Assembly: GCA_036229005.1 (NCBI GenBank)
Contig: JAZAMN010000046.1
Coordinates: 1 to 34,859 of the forward strand
Direction: 5' to 3'
Source: Myxococcota bacterium
Lineage (GTDB): Bacteria; Myxococcota_A; UBA796; CAJQPC01
DNA: 34,859 nucleotides
Each line of letters opens with the position of its first letter. The first letter of the stretch is position 1. The position numbers and the translations under genes are program-made. Under the pieces are notes generated by a model. It did no database searches. It saw nothing but the letters and a program-made list of their open reading frames with translations, and was not told the origin of the DNA. Below, piece by piece: positions 25,872-34,808 of this stretch.

Positions 25872-27241
25872 AGCCCTGGGCGCCGGCGCGGGCAGCCTGG
25901 CGATCGCTGCTGGAGGGGGAGTCCGCCCGGGTCCCCGCCTTGGCGCCTCCTTGGACCGCCCTGGAGGCCCTGCCGGGGCTGCTCTCCCAGTGGGTGCCCT
26001 GGACCCGGGGCCAGCCTGCCGCGGTGGAGCGGGCGCTGTCTCTGGTGGAGGAGCACCTCTCGGAGCTGCAGGAGCTCTTGGTCCTCCATCCGGACTCCCC
26101 GTCGCGCGGAGATCTCGCTCTCGCAGTCACCAGCGAGGACACACTGCTCGTGTTGGGCCTGCTGCCGCAGTCTGAGCGCGCCGGCTTGTCGCAGGTTGAT
26201 ACACCCGCGCAGGCCATCACCTGCCTGGAGCGGGGCCGGCGTCTGCTGGAGCGCCGCACCCTGGACTGGGAGCAGCAGACCATCGCCCGCGAGCTGCCCC
26301 GCCTGCTGGAGCGGGTGGACCGGGAGCTGCAGGGGCTGGGGCGACTGGGGGACGCGCTGCAGCTTGGGCTCGGGCAGCTCGGGCGGGGCGCGGACCGAAG
26401 CGTGGGGAGCTGGCAGCAGGCCGGCTGGGAGGGGCTGGAGGCGGCGGCGCGGGTCATGGGCAGCAGCTCCTCGCTTGCGGAGTATGTGCGACAGATTGGG
26501 CGGCGCCAGGGGGCCAGCGCGGTGAGCCGACCGGGTCCAGCGCCCATCGCAGCCCCTCCCTCGGAGATCCGGGGGATCACCCTGGGCCGGGATCTGGACC
26601 GCGTGCTCTCCAGTGAGCTGGGCCTGCTGGCGGATCCGGAGCTGGAGTGGGTGTTCGCGGAGCGGCTGCTCTCGGGGCGGCTGCTGCAGCTCGACGTGGA
26701 CCCGGCGATGCAGCGCGCAGAGGACGCCGGGCGCGTACCCATCGGGACCCACGCGGGGCCCATCCTGCTCCTGCTGGACACCAGCGGCTCGATGCGGGGG
26801 GAGCCCGAGCAGCTCGCCAAGGCGCTGACCCTGGCGATGCTCAAGGAGGCGCTCCTGGCCGGTCGGGCCTGTCACCTGGTCGCGTTCGGGAGCGACCGGC
26901 AGCTCCAGGTGGCCGAGCTCTCCGCGCTGCCGGCGGGGCTGCCCAAGCTGCTGGAGCTGCTCAGCGGGCGCTTCGCGGGGGGGACGGACCCGAGCTTGGC
27001 GCTGGAGCGGGCGCTGCAGTGGGAGGAGCCGCGGGCGGATCTCTTGATGGTGACAGACGGGGCCTTTGTCGCAAGAACCGAGCTGCTGAAGCAGATTGAA
27101 GCGGCCCAGCAGGCGAGGGGACTGCGCTGTCACATGTTGGTGGTGGGGGAGGGGCAGCACGCTGGGACCCACCGCGGCTGGGCGCAGTGTTCGCGGTGGG
27201 TGGGGAGCCTGTCGCAGGGGGAGGTCGTGGATGCGGGCTGA
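25868..27241 (+). CDS. VWA-domain protein, ViaA-like
   Basis: ATGA coupling to the ATPase; GITLGRDLDRVLSSEL; MIDAS motifs DTSGSM, GGTD and VTDG. Confidence 0.85.
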   Translation: MKPWAPARAAWRSLLEGESARVPALAPPWTALEALPGLLSQWVPWTRGQPAAVERALSLVEEHLSELQELLVLHPDSPSRGDLALAVTSEDTLLVLGLLPQSERAGLSQVDTPAQAITCLERGRRLLERRTLDWEQQTIARELPRLLERVDRELQGLGRLGDALQLGLGQLGRGADRSVGSWQQAGWEGLEAAARVMGSSSSLAEYVRQIGRRQGASAVSRPGPAPIAAPPSEIRGITLGRDLDRVLSSELGLLADPELEWVFAERLLSGRLLQLDVDPAMQRAEDAGRVPIGTHAGPILLLLDTSGSMRGEPEQLAKALTLAMLKEALLAGRACHLVAFGSDRQLQVAELSALPAGLPKLLELLSGRFAGGTDPSLALERALQWEEPRADLLMVTDGAFVARTELLKQIEAAQQARGLRCHMLVVGEGQHAGTHRGWAQCSRWVGSLSQGEVVDAG

Positions 27242-28553
27242 GCTCTTGGAGGCCCTGCGGGCGGGGTTGGAGGGGCGCTCGGGGAGTCTGAAGCACCCCT
27301 GGCTGGGCTGGCTGCTGCTGTGTCTGTGCAGGCAGCGGGAGCGGCAGCGCTGGTTGATGCAGGTGCGCAAGACGCACCTGGTGGACATCGACGAAGACCA
27401 CGGCGAGGTCCCGGGGCTCCCCGATTGGTCCTACCAGTTCCACGGGGTTGGGCTGCTGCTGTCGGGGCCGGGGCGCGAGCACATCGACGTGGACTTCCAC
27501 GTGGGGGACCCAGATGGGCGCACCGTCGACCCCTACTTCTTTACCCGGCGGGTGCTGGCGCTGGATCCGCCGGAGCTGCCGGAGCGGAGGCTTCGAGCGT
27601 GGCTGGACAGCTCGGCGCTGCTGGTCGCGGGGCTGCAGGAGCTGCGGGAGATGGGGTTGATTGGACACCCCAAGTCCCGGCATCTGTTCGAGCTGGAGGC
27701 GTCGCTGGGGGAGCTCTGGGGAGAGCTGGCTGCCTCAGGGTCGGAGGGCTGGGATGCCGCGTTTGGGGAGAATGGGGGCGATTGGGTGCGCGCTGAGTTT
27801 GGGCGCTGGAGCCTGTCTTTGGTGCGGCGGGATCGCAGTCGGGCGCAGATCCTGGGGGACCTCGTGGGGCGGGTGGACCCGGTCGCGCTGGCGGCGTGTG
27901 CTCGGGAGATCTACGTCGGGCCGGTGGACGCCGGGACGGGCCGTGCGATCGAGGCGTTGATGGCGCTCGGCGAGGTGCCCGGAGAGGCAGAGCTCGCGCT
28001 GGCCGCGCGCCTGGACCCGGCCCAGCACAACCCCTTCACGGCCTGTCGCCTGGCGCGCTGGTGCCTGTCGGCCGAGGTGCACACAGGGTTGGCCGTCCGA
28101 TTCATCACGGACTTTGCTGCCTGCCGGCGGTCGCCGGGCTTTCGGGGCAACCCCTTTGACGACGAGTACGCCTTCCTGGCCCTGGAGTTCCGCCCGGAGC
28201 TGGCGCCCGCTCTGGTCGCGCAGGCGCTCCGCTCCGGGACACCCTCCAGCACTCACCGCATGGGCGCGCTGCTCTCGCTGCTACAAGAGCCCTGGTGCGC
28301 CGAAGCGCTGCTCCAGGCCGCGCGGGAGTCCCAGGAGGGCAGCCGCACTCGCTATCTGGTGGCTTGTCTGCAGCACTTCGAGGACCCTGTTGTCCTCGCC
28401 GAGTCCATCTCGCTGATGCCTGCGCCGCCGCAGTTCCGGGAAGGTGAGGTCGGATACACGGGCGAGCAGGTCGCCTTCCTCAATCTGCGGGGAGAGGTCG
28501 AGCGCTCCCGGCGCAGCGTGGAGGCGGTGTTTCGGAGGCTGCGGCCGCAGTAG
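27231..28553 (+). CDS. Hypothetical protein with a DUF6896-like N-terminal domain and a helical C-terminus
   Basis: WSYQFHGVG...IDVDF pattern; ATG 27231 follows GGAGG and overlaps the VWA stop. Confidence 0.6.
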   Translation: MRAELLEALRAGLEGRSGSLKHPWLGWLLLCLCRQRERQRWLMQVRKTHLVDIDEDHGEVPGLPDWSYQFHGVGLLLSGPGREHIDVDFHVGDPDGRTVDPYFFTRRVLALDPPELPERRLRAWLDSSALLVAGLQELREMGLIGHPKSRHLFELEASLGELWGELAASGSEGWDAAFGENGGDWVRAEFGRWSLSLVRRDRSRAQILGDLVGRVDPVALAACAREIYVGPVDAGTGRAIEALMALGEVPGEAELALAARLDPAQHNPFTACRLARWCLSAEVHTGLAVRFITDFAACRRSPGFRGNPFDDEYAFLALEFRPELAPALVAQALRSGTPSSTHRMGALLSLLQEPWCAEALLQAARESQEGSRTRYLVACLQHFEDPVVLAESISLMPAPPQFREGEVGYTGEQVAFLNLRGEVERSRRSVEAVFRRLRPQ

Positions 28554-28561
28554 GGCTCAGC

Positions 28562-29113
28562 TCACTCCTCGTCTCCGGTGGAGCCGCCCTGTCCCTCGTC
28601 GTTGTCGCCGTCGGGATCGGTGCCTTCGCCGCCCACGGGGCCTTCGGTCTCGGTGGACTCGACCTCTGCGGACTTGTCGCCCAGCCAGACCGAGCTGCCG
28701 TCGGTGCCCACGGAGAGCGCCACGCCGAACACCGACAAGGTGATGGTCACGCTGGCTTTCACGTCATCGCTCTCGACGCTGCCGCCGTTGGGTCCCTCCA
28801 GGCGGAGGCCGCCGGACATCTTGCCCCTCCAGACCTGGTCGCCGGCCCGGACCTCCAGCGCACCGCCGGCCTTGGCGGCCTCGGCCACGGCCTTCATCCG
28901 GCTGGGGTCGGTGCGGAGCGTGAAATAGCGCTCACGGTCGCCCTGGGTGACGGTGACCTGGGCGATGCCCTCCTTGCTCCAGGACCTCAGCCGGATGCGG
29001 TGGGTCTGGCCCCTGGACTTGACCACCACCATCTGCCCGCCCTTGGCCAGGGCGACCTTGGGGAGCGCGAGGGCAGCGCCGGCCAGGACGAGGAAGCGGC
29101 GCCGATCGAGCAT
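28562..29113 (-). CDS. Tat-exported hypothetical protein
   Basis: Twin-arginine signal MLDRRRFL...ALA; GGAGG RBS; acidic C-terminal tail. Confidence 0.7.
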   Translation of the reverse strand: MLDRRRFLVLAGAALALPKVALAKGGQMVVVKSRGQTHRIRLRSWSKEGIAQVTVTQGDRERYFTLRTDPSRMKAVAEAAKAGGALEVRAGDQVWRGKMSGGLRLEGPNGGSVESDDVKASVTITLSVFGVALSVGTDGSSVWLGDKSAEVESTETEGPVGGEGTDPDGDNDEGQGGSTGDEE

Positions 29114-29210
29114 GGGGACCTCCGGAGGGCTGCAGTGTACGCGAAGCCTTGGAGAAACGCCCGCTCTCCGGAGTGGTGTCTCCGCCTGGGGCGAGCGGGG
29201 CTGCCTGCGC

Positions 29211-29780
29211 TCAGGGCGTGATGCTGACGGTCAGCCGGTCGCTGAGGTCCTGGCAGGTGAGGCTCTCGGAGCCCGAGATGATGGAGAAGGAGCCCGGATT
29301 GTGCCCGAACCCACCACAGAACGCGCTCCCGTCGTCGTACAGGACGCGAAAGAGCACGGTGGTGGTGTCCAGGAGCTCCGCATCGCAGCGCAGCGCGGTG
29401 CTCTGATCGGGGGTGGAGCCGCTCAGGCCGCCGGCTTCCTCGAGCACGCGCTCCATCTCAAAGCCCAAGGGATCGGTACTCTCGCTGAGCAGCGAGACGC
29501 TGTGGGTCTCGCTCTTGCCGCTGCCGCCGCCGGTCTCGCGCAGCCAGAGCTCCGGATCCAGGCGAGGGGGCTCCAGACCCGAGTAGGAGAAGCCCACGCG
29601 CAGGGTCTCTCCGTCACAGTCCAGCCAGGCGGCGTCGAAGTCCGGCGCGAGCTCTTCGGTCGCGGACTGGGTGTCGGTGGCTTCGATCCAGGTGTCCTCG
29701 CCGGTGCCGCTGGTGCAGGCCAGTGCGATGGCACACAGAGTGGCGGTGGTGAACCACAGTGTGGGGGTACGCAGCTTCAT
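29211..29780 (-). CDS. Hypothetical lipoprotein
   Basis: Signal ending IALAC; GGAGG RBS; four further Cys residues in the mature part. Confidence 0.65.
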   Translation of the reverse strand: MKLRTPTLWFTTATLCAIALACTSGTGEDTWIEATDTQSATEELAPDFDAAWLDCDGETLRVGFSYSGLEPPRLDPELWLRETGGGSGKSETHSVSLLSESTDPLGFEMERVLEEAGGLSGSTPDQSTALRCDAELLDTTTVLFRVLYDDGSAFCGGFGHNPGSFSIISGSESLTCQDLSDRLTVSITP

Positions 29781-29841
29781 CTCTCCCTCCAGATTCTCGC
29801 CCTGAGACCTGGGGAGTCTACACCAGCGGTGTCTGTGTGTG

Positions 29842-30906
29842 TCAACGACCCTGGCGGCGCTTCATGACCAGAGCCAGCACCTTGGCGACGGGCTGATACA
29901 GTTCTTCGGGGATGGGGTGGCCCACCTTGCCGTTGGCGTGCAGGGCGCGGGCCAGAGGGCGGTTCTCGACCTGCTGGATGCTGTGGCGGCGGGCCTCGGC
30001 TTTGATCTTCATGGCGATGGCGTCGACGCCCTTGGCCAGGATGATGGGGGCCGGGTACTCTTCGGGTCTGTAGCGGATGGCGACGGCGTAGTGGGTGGGG
30101 TTCGTGATGACCATGTCGGCCTCCTGGACCTTCTGTATGGCCATCTGACCCATGGCGAGCTGCCGGGCGCGGGCGCGGCGCTGGGCCTTGACGTGGGGGT
30201 CGCCGTCGTCCTGCTTGCGCTCGTCCTTGACCTCCTGGGTGGACATCTTCATGTCCTCGTGGTGTTTGTAGTAGTTGTATCCGTAGTCGATGATGCCGAG
30301 CACGATGAGCAGGGGGGCCGCTGACTGGAGCATGCCCACCGCGAGATCCCCCAGGACGGCGAGCTGCTGGCTGGGGTCGAGCTGGGCCATCACGATGAGT
30401 TGACCGGCCTTGTCCCGCATGCCCCACCACACGACGCCGCCCAGGGCACCCAGCTTGAGCAGACCCTTGGTGAGCTCGATGAGCGGCTGTAGGCTCAGGA
30501 ACTTCTGCTTGAGGGCGGGGAGGGGGTTCAAGCGCTCGGGCTTGGGCTCCAGGGCCTTGGTGGCGAGCTGGAAGCGGCTCTGGGCGAAGCCGACGAAGAG
30601 TCCGCCCATGAGTACGGCGCCCAGCACCGGCATCATGGCCATCAGGCCGGAGAGCCCGGCGAAGGCGAAGAGATCCATGAAGTCGCCCGCCGCGGAGCCG
30701 GAGAGCTCGCTGCCCCAGGCCCGGTAGGCGACCGCCCGGAACTGCTGGGCCATCCAGGGCGCGAACGCGAGCAGCGCGCCACCGCCAACCAGGACGACGG
30801 CCGCGGAGCTGATCTCCTGGGAGCGGACGATCTGGCCCTTCTCCGCCGCGTTCCGTAGTTTTCTCTCGGACGCGTCGTGTTGTTTTTCCTGGTCGTCGTC
30901 AGCCAC
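29842..30906 (-). CDS. flhB: Flagellar export substrate-specificity switch FlhB
   Basis: EKGQIVRSQE, TM region, MSTQEVKDERKQDDGDP, NPTH autocleavage motif and ENRPLARAL. Confidence 0.93.
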   Translation of the reverse strand: MADDDQEKQHDASERKLRNAAEKGQIVRSQEISSAAVVLVGGGALLAFAPWMAQQFRAVAYRAWGSELSGSAAGDFMDLFAFAGLSGLMAMMPVLGAVLMGGLFVGFAQSRFQLATKALEPKPERLNPLPALKQKFLSLQPLIELTKGLLKLGALGGVVWWGMRDKAGQLIVMAQLDPSQQLAVLGDLAVGMLQSAAPLLIVLGIIDYGYNYYKHHEDMKMSTQEVKDERKQDDGDPHVKAQRRARARQLAMGQMAIQKVQEADMVITNPTHYAVAIRYRPEEYPAPIILAKGVDAIAMKIKAEARRHSIQQVENRPLARALHANGKVGHPIPEELYQPVAKVLALVMKRRQGR

Positions 30907-31666
30907 CGGCCCCTCCGATCCCGACGAGCAGGCCGGTCAGCCAACGGGCCGCCTCCTGCACCGCTTGGGCATGGGTCTCCAGGAGCACGGGCAGGGAGAG
31001 CGCGAAGAGCGCCAGCGAGGCCACCGAGGTGAGGATGCTGCCCACGGAGAAGTAGATGTTCATGCGCGGGGCCAGGCGCACGAGGATGCCGACGAAGATG
31101 TTGGTGATCCAGACCAGGCCCAGGACGGGGCCGGCCAGGCGCGCGCCCAGGGAGATGGACTCGCTGATGGCGTGGAGGAGCACCGGGGCGCCCGCGAGCA
31201 GGTTGGGCAGGCTGCCGGCGGGGACGACCGAGAAGCTCTCGCCCAGCACGCGCAGGCAGTAGAGGTGGCCGCCGACGCTGAGGAAGACCATGCCGGCCAG
31301 CCAGGTGGCCAGGGTGCTGAGCACGCCGCTGGAGACCTTGAGGACGGGGTTGAACAGGGAGGCCATGCCGAGGCCTCCCTGCTGGGACATGATCTCGGTG
31401 CCCAGGGAGAGGGCGCCGAACACCACCGAGACGACCGTGCCCATGAGCAGGCCCAGCCCGGCCTCGCTTGCGACCTGGACGATGAGGATGCCGAAGCTGG
31501 CAGGCAGCTCCGGGAGGGTGAGCAGAGGTGCGATGACCAGGGTCAAGCCCGCTGCCCCCAAGACATGCACGTACTTGGGCACGCCCTGGGTGGAGAGCAG
31601 GGGGAGGCTCATCAGCAGGCCGCCGATCCGGGCGAACACGAGCAAGCCCAGCACGATGGCGCTCAC
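30899..31666 (-). CDS. fliR: Flagellar export protein FliR
   Basis: FARI, E..LG, Q.GLGMASLFNP, GGH and RLAPRMNIY; lies between fliQ and flhB. Confidence 0.9.
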   Translation of the reverse strand: MSAIVLGLLVFARIGGLLMSLPLLSTQGVPKYVHVLGAAGLTLVIAPLLTLPELPASFGILIVQVASEAGLGLLMGTVVSVVFGALSLGTEIMSQQGGLGMASLFNPVLKVSSGVLSTLATWLAGMVFLSVGGHLYCLRVLGESFSVVPAGSLPNLLAGAPVLLHAISESISLGARLAGPVLGLVWITNIFVGILVRLAPRMNIYFSVGSILTSVASLALFALSLPVLLETHAQAVQEAARWLTGLLVGIGGAGG

Positions 31667-31926
31667 GGCGTCCCGATGCTCTCGAACATGGCGGTGGAGA
31701 AGTCCACGACGTGCTGGAGCATCCAGCCGCCGGCCAGGGAGAAGATGAGGAACACGCCGAGCATCTTGGGGACGAACACCAGGGTCATCTCCTGCACCTG
31801 GGTCACGGACTGGATCAGGGAGATGGTGGTGCCGACCAGCAGCGCGGTGACGAGCAGGGGGCCGGCCACGGTGAGGGCGGTGATCATGGCCTGCTGGCCG
31901 AAGAAGAGGGCGGTGTCCAGGTCCAC
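31663..31926 (-). CDS. fliQ: Flagellar export protein FliQ
   Basis: QSVTQVQEMTLVFVPK signature. Confidence 0.95.
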   Translation of the reverse strand: MDLDTALFFGQQAMITALTVAGPLLVTALLVGTTISLIQSVTQVQEMTLVFVPKMLGVFLIFSLAGGWMLQHVVDFSTAMFESIGTP

Positions 31927-31936
31927 GGCGGCGTCC

Positions 31937-32626
31937 TCAGAGGGGGGCGTTGAAGGACTGGACCATGTTGGTGACCAGCAGGCCCCAGCCGTCCATGAGC
32001 ACGAAGATCAACAGCTTGAAGGGCATCGCGATGACCGGGGGCGGGAGCATCATCATGCCCATGCCCAGGAGCACCGAGCCCACGACCAGGTCGATGACCA
32101 GGAAGGGGATGTAGACCTTGATGGCGATGACGAAGGCGGCCCGCAGCTCGCTGAGCACGTAGGCGCTGGTGAGGGCGGCGGTGGGGATCTCCTCGACGGT
32201 CTCGACCTCGAGCTTGCCGATCTCCAGCACTGTTCGCATGTCGTCGCGCTGGACGTTGGCCATCATGAAGCCGCGCATGGGCTGCATGGCGCCGTCGATG
32301 GCGTCCAGGGTCTCCATCTCGCCGGCCATGAAGGGTTGGATGCCCTGCTCCCAGGACTGGGTCAGGGTGGGGCCCATCACGAGCAGGCTCAGGAAGAGGC
32401 TCAGGCCGATGAGGACCTGGTTGGGCGGGGACTGCTGCAGCCCCAGGGCCTGTCGGAGCAGGGAGAACACCACGATGAAGCGGGTGAAGGGGGTCATCAC
32501 CAGCAGCAGAGCCGGGATGAAGCTCATCGCCGTGAAGAGGACGAGCAGGCGCACGGTGGCGCTCACCTCGTCTCCGGTCGCGGTCAGGCCGACCGCTTGC
32601 TCCAGCAGGACATCACCGCCCATCAC
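31937..32626 (-). CDS. fliP: Flagellar export pore protein FliP
   Basis: MTPFTRF, GLQQSPPNQVLIGL, SEL..AF, GMMMLPP and PFKLLIFVLMDGW. Confidence 0.95.
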   Translation of the reverse strand: MMGGDVLLEQAVGLTATGDEVSATVRLLVLFTAMSFIPALLLVMTPFTRFIVVFSLLRQALGLQQSPPNQVLIGLSLFLSLLVMGPTLTQSWEQGIQPFMAGEMETLDAIDGAMQPMRGFMMANVQRDDMRTVLEIGKLEVETVEEIPTAALTSAYVLSELRAAFVIAIKVYIPFLVIDLVVGSVLLGMGMMMLPPPVIAMPFKLLIFVLMDGWGLLVTNMVQSFNAPL

Positions 32627-33507
32627 ATCCTCCGGCCCACGATGTCGCGGGTGCTCAGGAACTCCTGCTTGTCGACCTCAGCGCGGAGGCGGGGGGCAGG
32701 TCCGGGCTTGGGACCCGAGGGGGGGCTCTGCCAGGCCTTGACCACGGCGGGGCCGTCGGACTCGGGCTCCTCGTCGATGGGGGCCAGGTCCGCAGAGGTG
32801 AAGCGGCCGACCAGGCTGGGCCGGGCGCGCTGGCGCTTGGGGGCGCTGGCGACAACGTGGGGGCGCACGGGGGTGTCGCCCGCGGTGTCCTCGTCGTCGG
32901 TGTCCTCGATCTCGACCTGCACGCTGGGCTGGCGCTGCTGGGTGAGCTCGGGGCTGTCGTTGGGGATCAGGAAGCCGGGGATGCTGCCGCCCAGGTCGGA
33001 GACCAACTTGGGGGCGCCGTCGCCGAGGCCGATGAGCAGGCGCCGGGTCTCGCCGTCCTGGGCTTCGACCTCCATGAGCACCAGGGCGGCGTTTCCACCC
33101 AGGCTCTGGCGGGCCAGGATCTCCATCTTCTGGTCGCTCTGGGTGAGCTTGCCCTGGAGCTGCTTGCGCATGAGCACCATCACGCCGGCGGCGCCCAGGC
33201 CCAGCAGGCCCATGACCCAGGACCAGCGGCTGCCGGAGCTGGACTCTTGGGGGCTCTGGTCGAGCCAGGAGTCCAGGGCCGTGCCTTGCGGGGCGACCGT
33301 GGTGCTGGATGCGCTGGGGAGCGCTGCCAGGGGATCGGCCGGGGCTTCGGTCGCTGGAGCCGCCTCAGGGGGAGGAGCGAGGGGCCCGTAGACTGCCGGC
33401 TCCGCCGGAGCTGTGGACTCCACCGTCTCCACTTGGGGAGGGGGCTCGGGCCCCAGCAAGGGCACGTCGGCCCAAGCGAGGTGCGCGAGCAGCAGCAGGG
33501 AGCTCAT
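32623..33507 (-). CDS. fliO: FliO-like flagellar biogenesis protein with long low-complexity extensions
   Basis: Lies between fliN and fliP; TM followed by MEILARQSLGGNAALVLMEV...RLLIG. Confidence 0.7.
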   Translation of the reverse strand: MSSLLLLAHLAWADVPLLGPEPPPQVETVESTAPAEPAVYGPLAPPPEAAPATEAPADPLAALPSASSTTVAPQGTALDSWLDQSPQESSSGSRWSWVMGLLGLGAAGVMVLMRKQLQGKLTQSDQKMEILARQSLGGNAALVLMEVEAQDGETRRLLIGLGDGAPKLVSDLGGSIPGFLIPNDSPELTQQRQPSVQVEIEDTDDEDTAGDTPVRPHVVASAPKRQRARPSLVGRFTSADLAPIDEEPESDGPAVVKAWQSPPSGPKPGPAPRLRAEVDKQEFLSTRDIVGRRM

Positions 33508-33797
33508 GCGCTCTCCTTGAGGTCCTCGTCGGCTTCGACCTCGTCGCTCGCGTCGGCGTTTCCGCCCAGGATGGAGGTGATGCGGATGGCCAGTCGCTCG
33601 CCGACCATGACCACCTCGCCGCGGGCGTAGACGCGATCTCCGACCACCAGGTCCAGGGGCTGATCGGCGGGGCGATCGAGCTCGAGGATCTGGTCGTCTC
33701 CCATCTCCGCGAGCTCGCGGATGGTGAGGCGGGTTCGGCCGAGCTCGACCACGACGTCGAGGGGGATATCGTGGAGGAAGGCGACGTCCTTGGGCAT
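33504..33797 (-). CDS. fliN: Flagellar motor switch protein FliN (SpoA domain)
   Basis: LHDIPLDVVVELGRT, ILELDR and ARGEVVMV...IRIT. ATG 33797 follows GGAG (alternative start 33824). Confidence 0.88.
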   Translation of the reverse strand: MPKDVAFLHDIPLDVVVELGRTRLTIRELAEMGDDQILELDRPADQPLDLVVGDRVYARGEVVMVGERLAIRITSILGGNADASDEVEADEDLKESA

Positions 33798-33883
33798 GTC
33801 TGACTCCGAGTGGTGTCCTGCCATCGGACGGGGATCGTCGGAGTTGAGCGCTTTGTTTGGGATTTGAGAGTTGGGTGGGAATG

Positions 33884-34451
33884 CTGGCTGTGTTTTTTGG
33901 GTAGGGGGCAAGCCCCCTACGCCGGCGGAGCCGGCTGGACCCCCAGGGGGGACTGTGCTTTTTTGGTAGGGGGCAAGCCCCCTACGCCGGCGGAGCCGGC
34001 TGGACCCCCAGGGGGGACCTTCGCCAGTCCCCCCCAGGCCCCCCCCACGGCGTCGGGTCGCGTTCCGCGACCAGCACATCGCCTCCAATTGCCACCCAGG
34101 CCCCCCGGGGGGCTCTCTCCCCGTCGGGTCGGGCAAATGACGGCGCAATGCAGCCCGCGGGGCCGACTTGCACCATGGTTCTCTGGGGCTGAGGGCGGGC
34201 GGGCTGCTCGGTCCGGAGACGACGCCGCTCTTGGGCGGGCGGGTGGCTTGGTGAGCGGGGGTGCCGGGTAGTAGCGCCTGGCTGTGTTTTTTTAGTAGGG
34301 GGCAAGCCCCCTACGCCGGCGCAGCCGGCTGGACCCCCAAGGGGGACCCTCGCCGGTCCCCCCCAGGCCCCCCCACGGCGTCGGGTCGCGTTCCGCGACC
34401 TGCACTTCGCCTCCATCTGCCACCGAGGCCCCCAGGGGGGCCTCTCTCCCC
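33884..34451. repeat. Three copies (partial 33884-33952; long about 33953-34122 and 34278-34451) of a multi-hairpin REP-like element
   Basis: Each copy has a T-run, then GTAGGGGGC-AA-GCCCCCTAC, GCCGGC-GSA-GCCGGC and TGGACCCCCA. The long copies add GGGGGAC..GTCCCCC, GGTCGCG-TTC-CGCGACC and GGCCCCC.GGGGGG. Confidence 0.9.
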
Positions 34452-34511
34452 TTGACCCTCCCCCCATAGGCTGGACCACCTGGGTAAACCTCAAACACCC
34501 AGGAGCCAAAG

Positions 34512-34808
34512 ATGGCGAAGCGACGGCAGTACAGCGTCGAGTTCAAGAGAGAGGCCGTGCGCCTCGTGCAGGAAGAGAACCTCTCCTACACCCAGGTGGG
34601 TCGGGACCTGGGGGTTGACCGAAGCGTCATCCGTGCCTGGGTCAAGAAGGCCGAGGCGGGCGAACTGGAGACATCGGCCCCGAGAGCACGGACCGATGCG
34701 TCGATTGAGGAGGAGCTGCGCCGGTTGCGCCGAGAGAACGCCATTCTGCGAGAGGAGCGGGACATCCTAAAAAAAGCCGCGGCCTTCTTCGCCAAGGAGA
34801 GCCAGTGA
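34512..34808 (+). CDS. IS3-family transposase OrfA (HTH plus leucine zipper)
   Basis: RRQYSVEFKREAVRLV, VGRDLGV..SVIRAWV and ELRRLRREN..LREERDILKKAAAFFAKE. Confidence 0.93.
   Translation: MAKRRQYSVEFKREAVRLVQEENLSYTQVGRDLGVDRSVIRAWVKKAEAGELETSAPRARTDASIEEELRRLRRENAILREERDILKKAAAFFAKESQ

Noticed and set aside
29842..33797. Non-flagellar type III secretion (injectisome) assignment
   Set aside because: The FliO-like gene, gene order and FliP motif fit the flagellar system better, though this was not tested by HMM.
33798..34148. Long N-terminal extension of FliN in the ORF track
   Set aside because: It runs through the repeat cluster, and an RBS-supported ATG lies at 33797.
33884..34451. CRISPR array reading of the repeats (also 8-312)
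   Set aside because: Units are long and multi-hairpin with irregular spacing, there are no unique spacers of constant length, and no cas genes are present.
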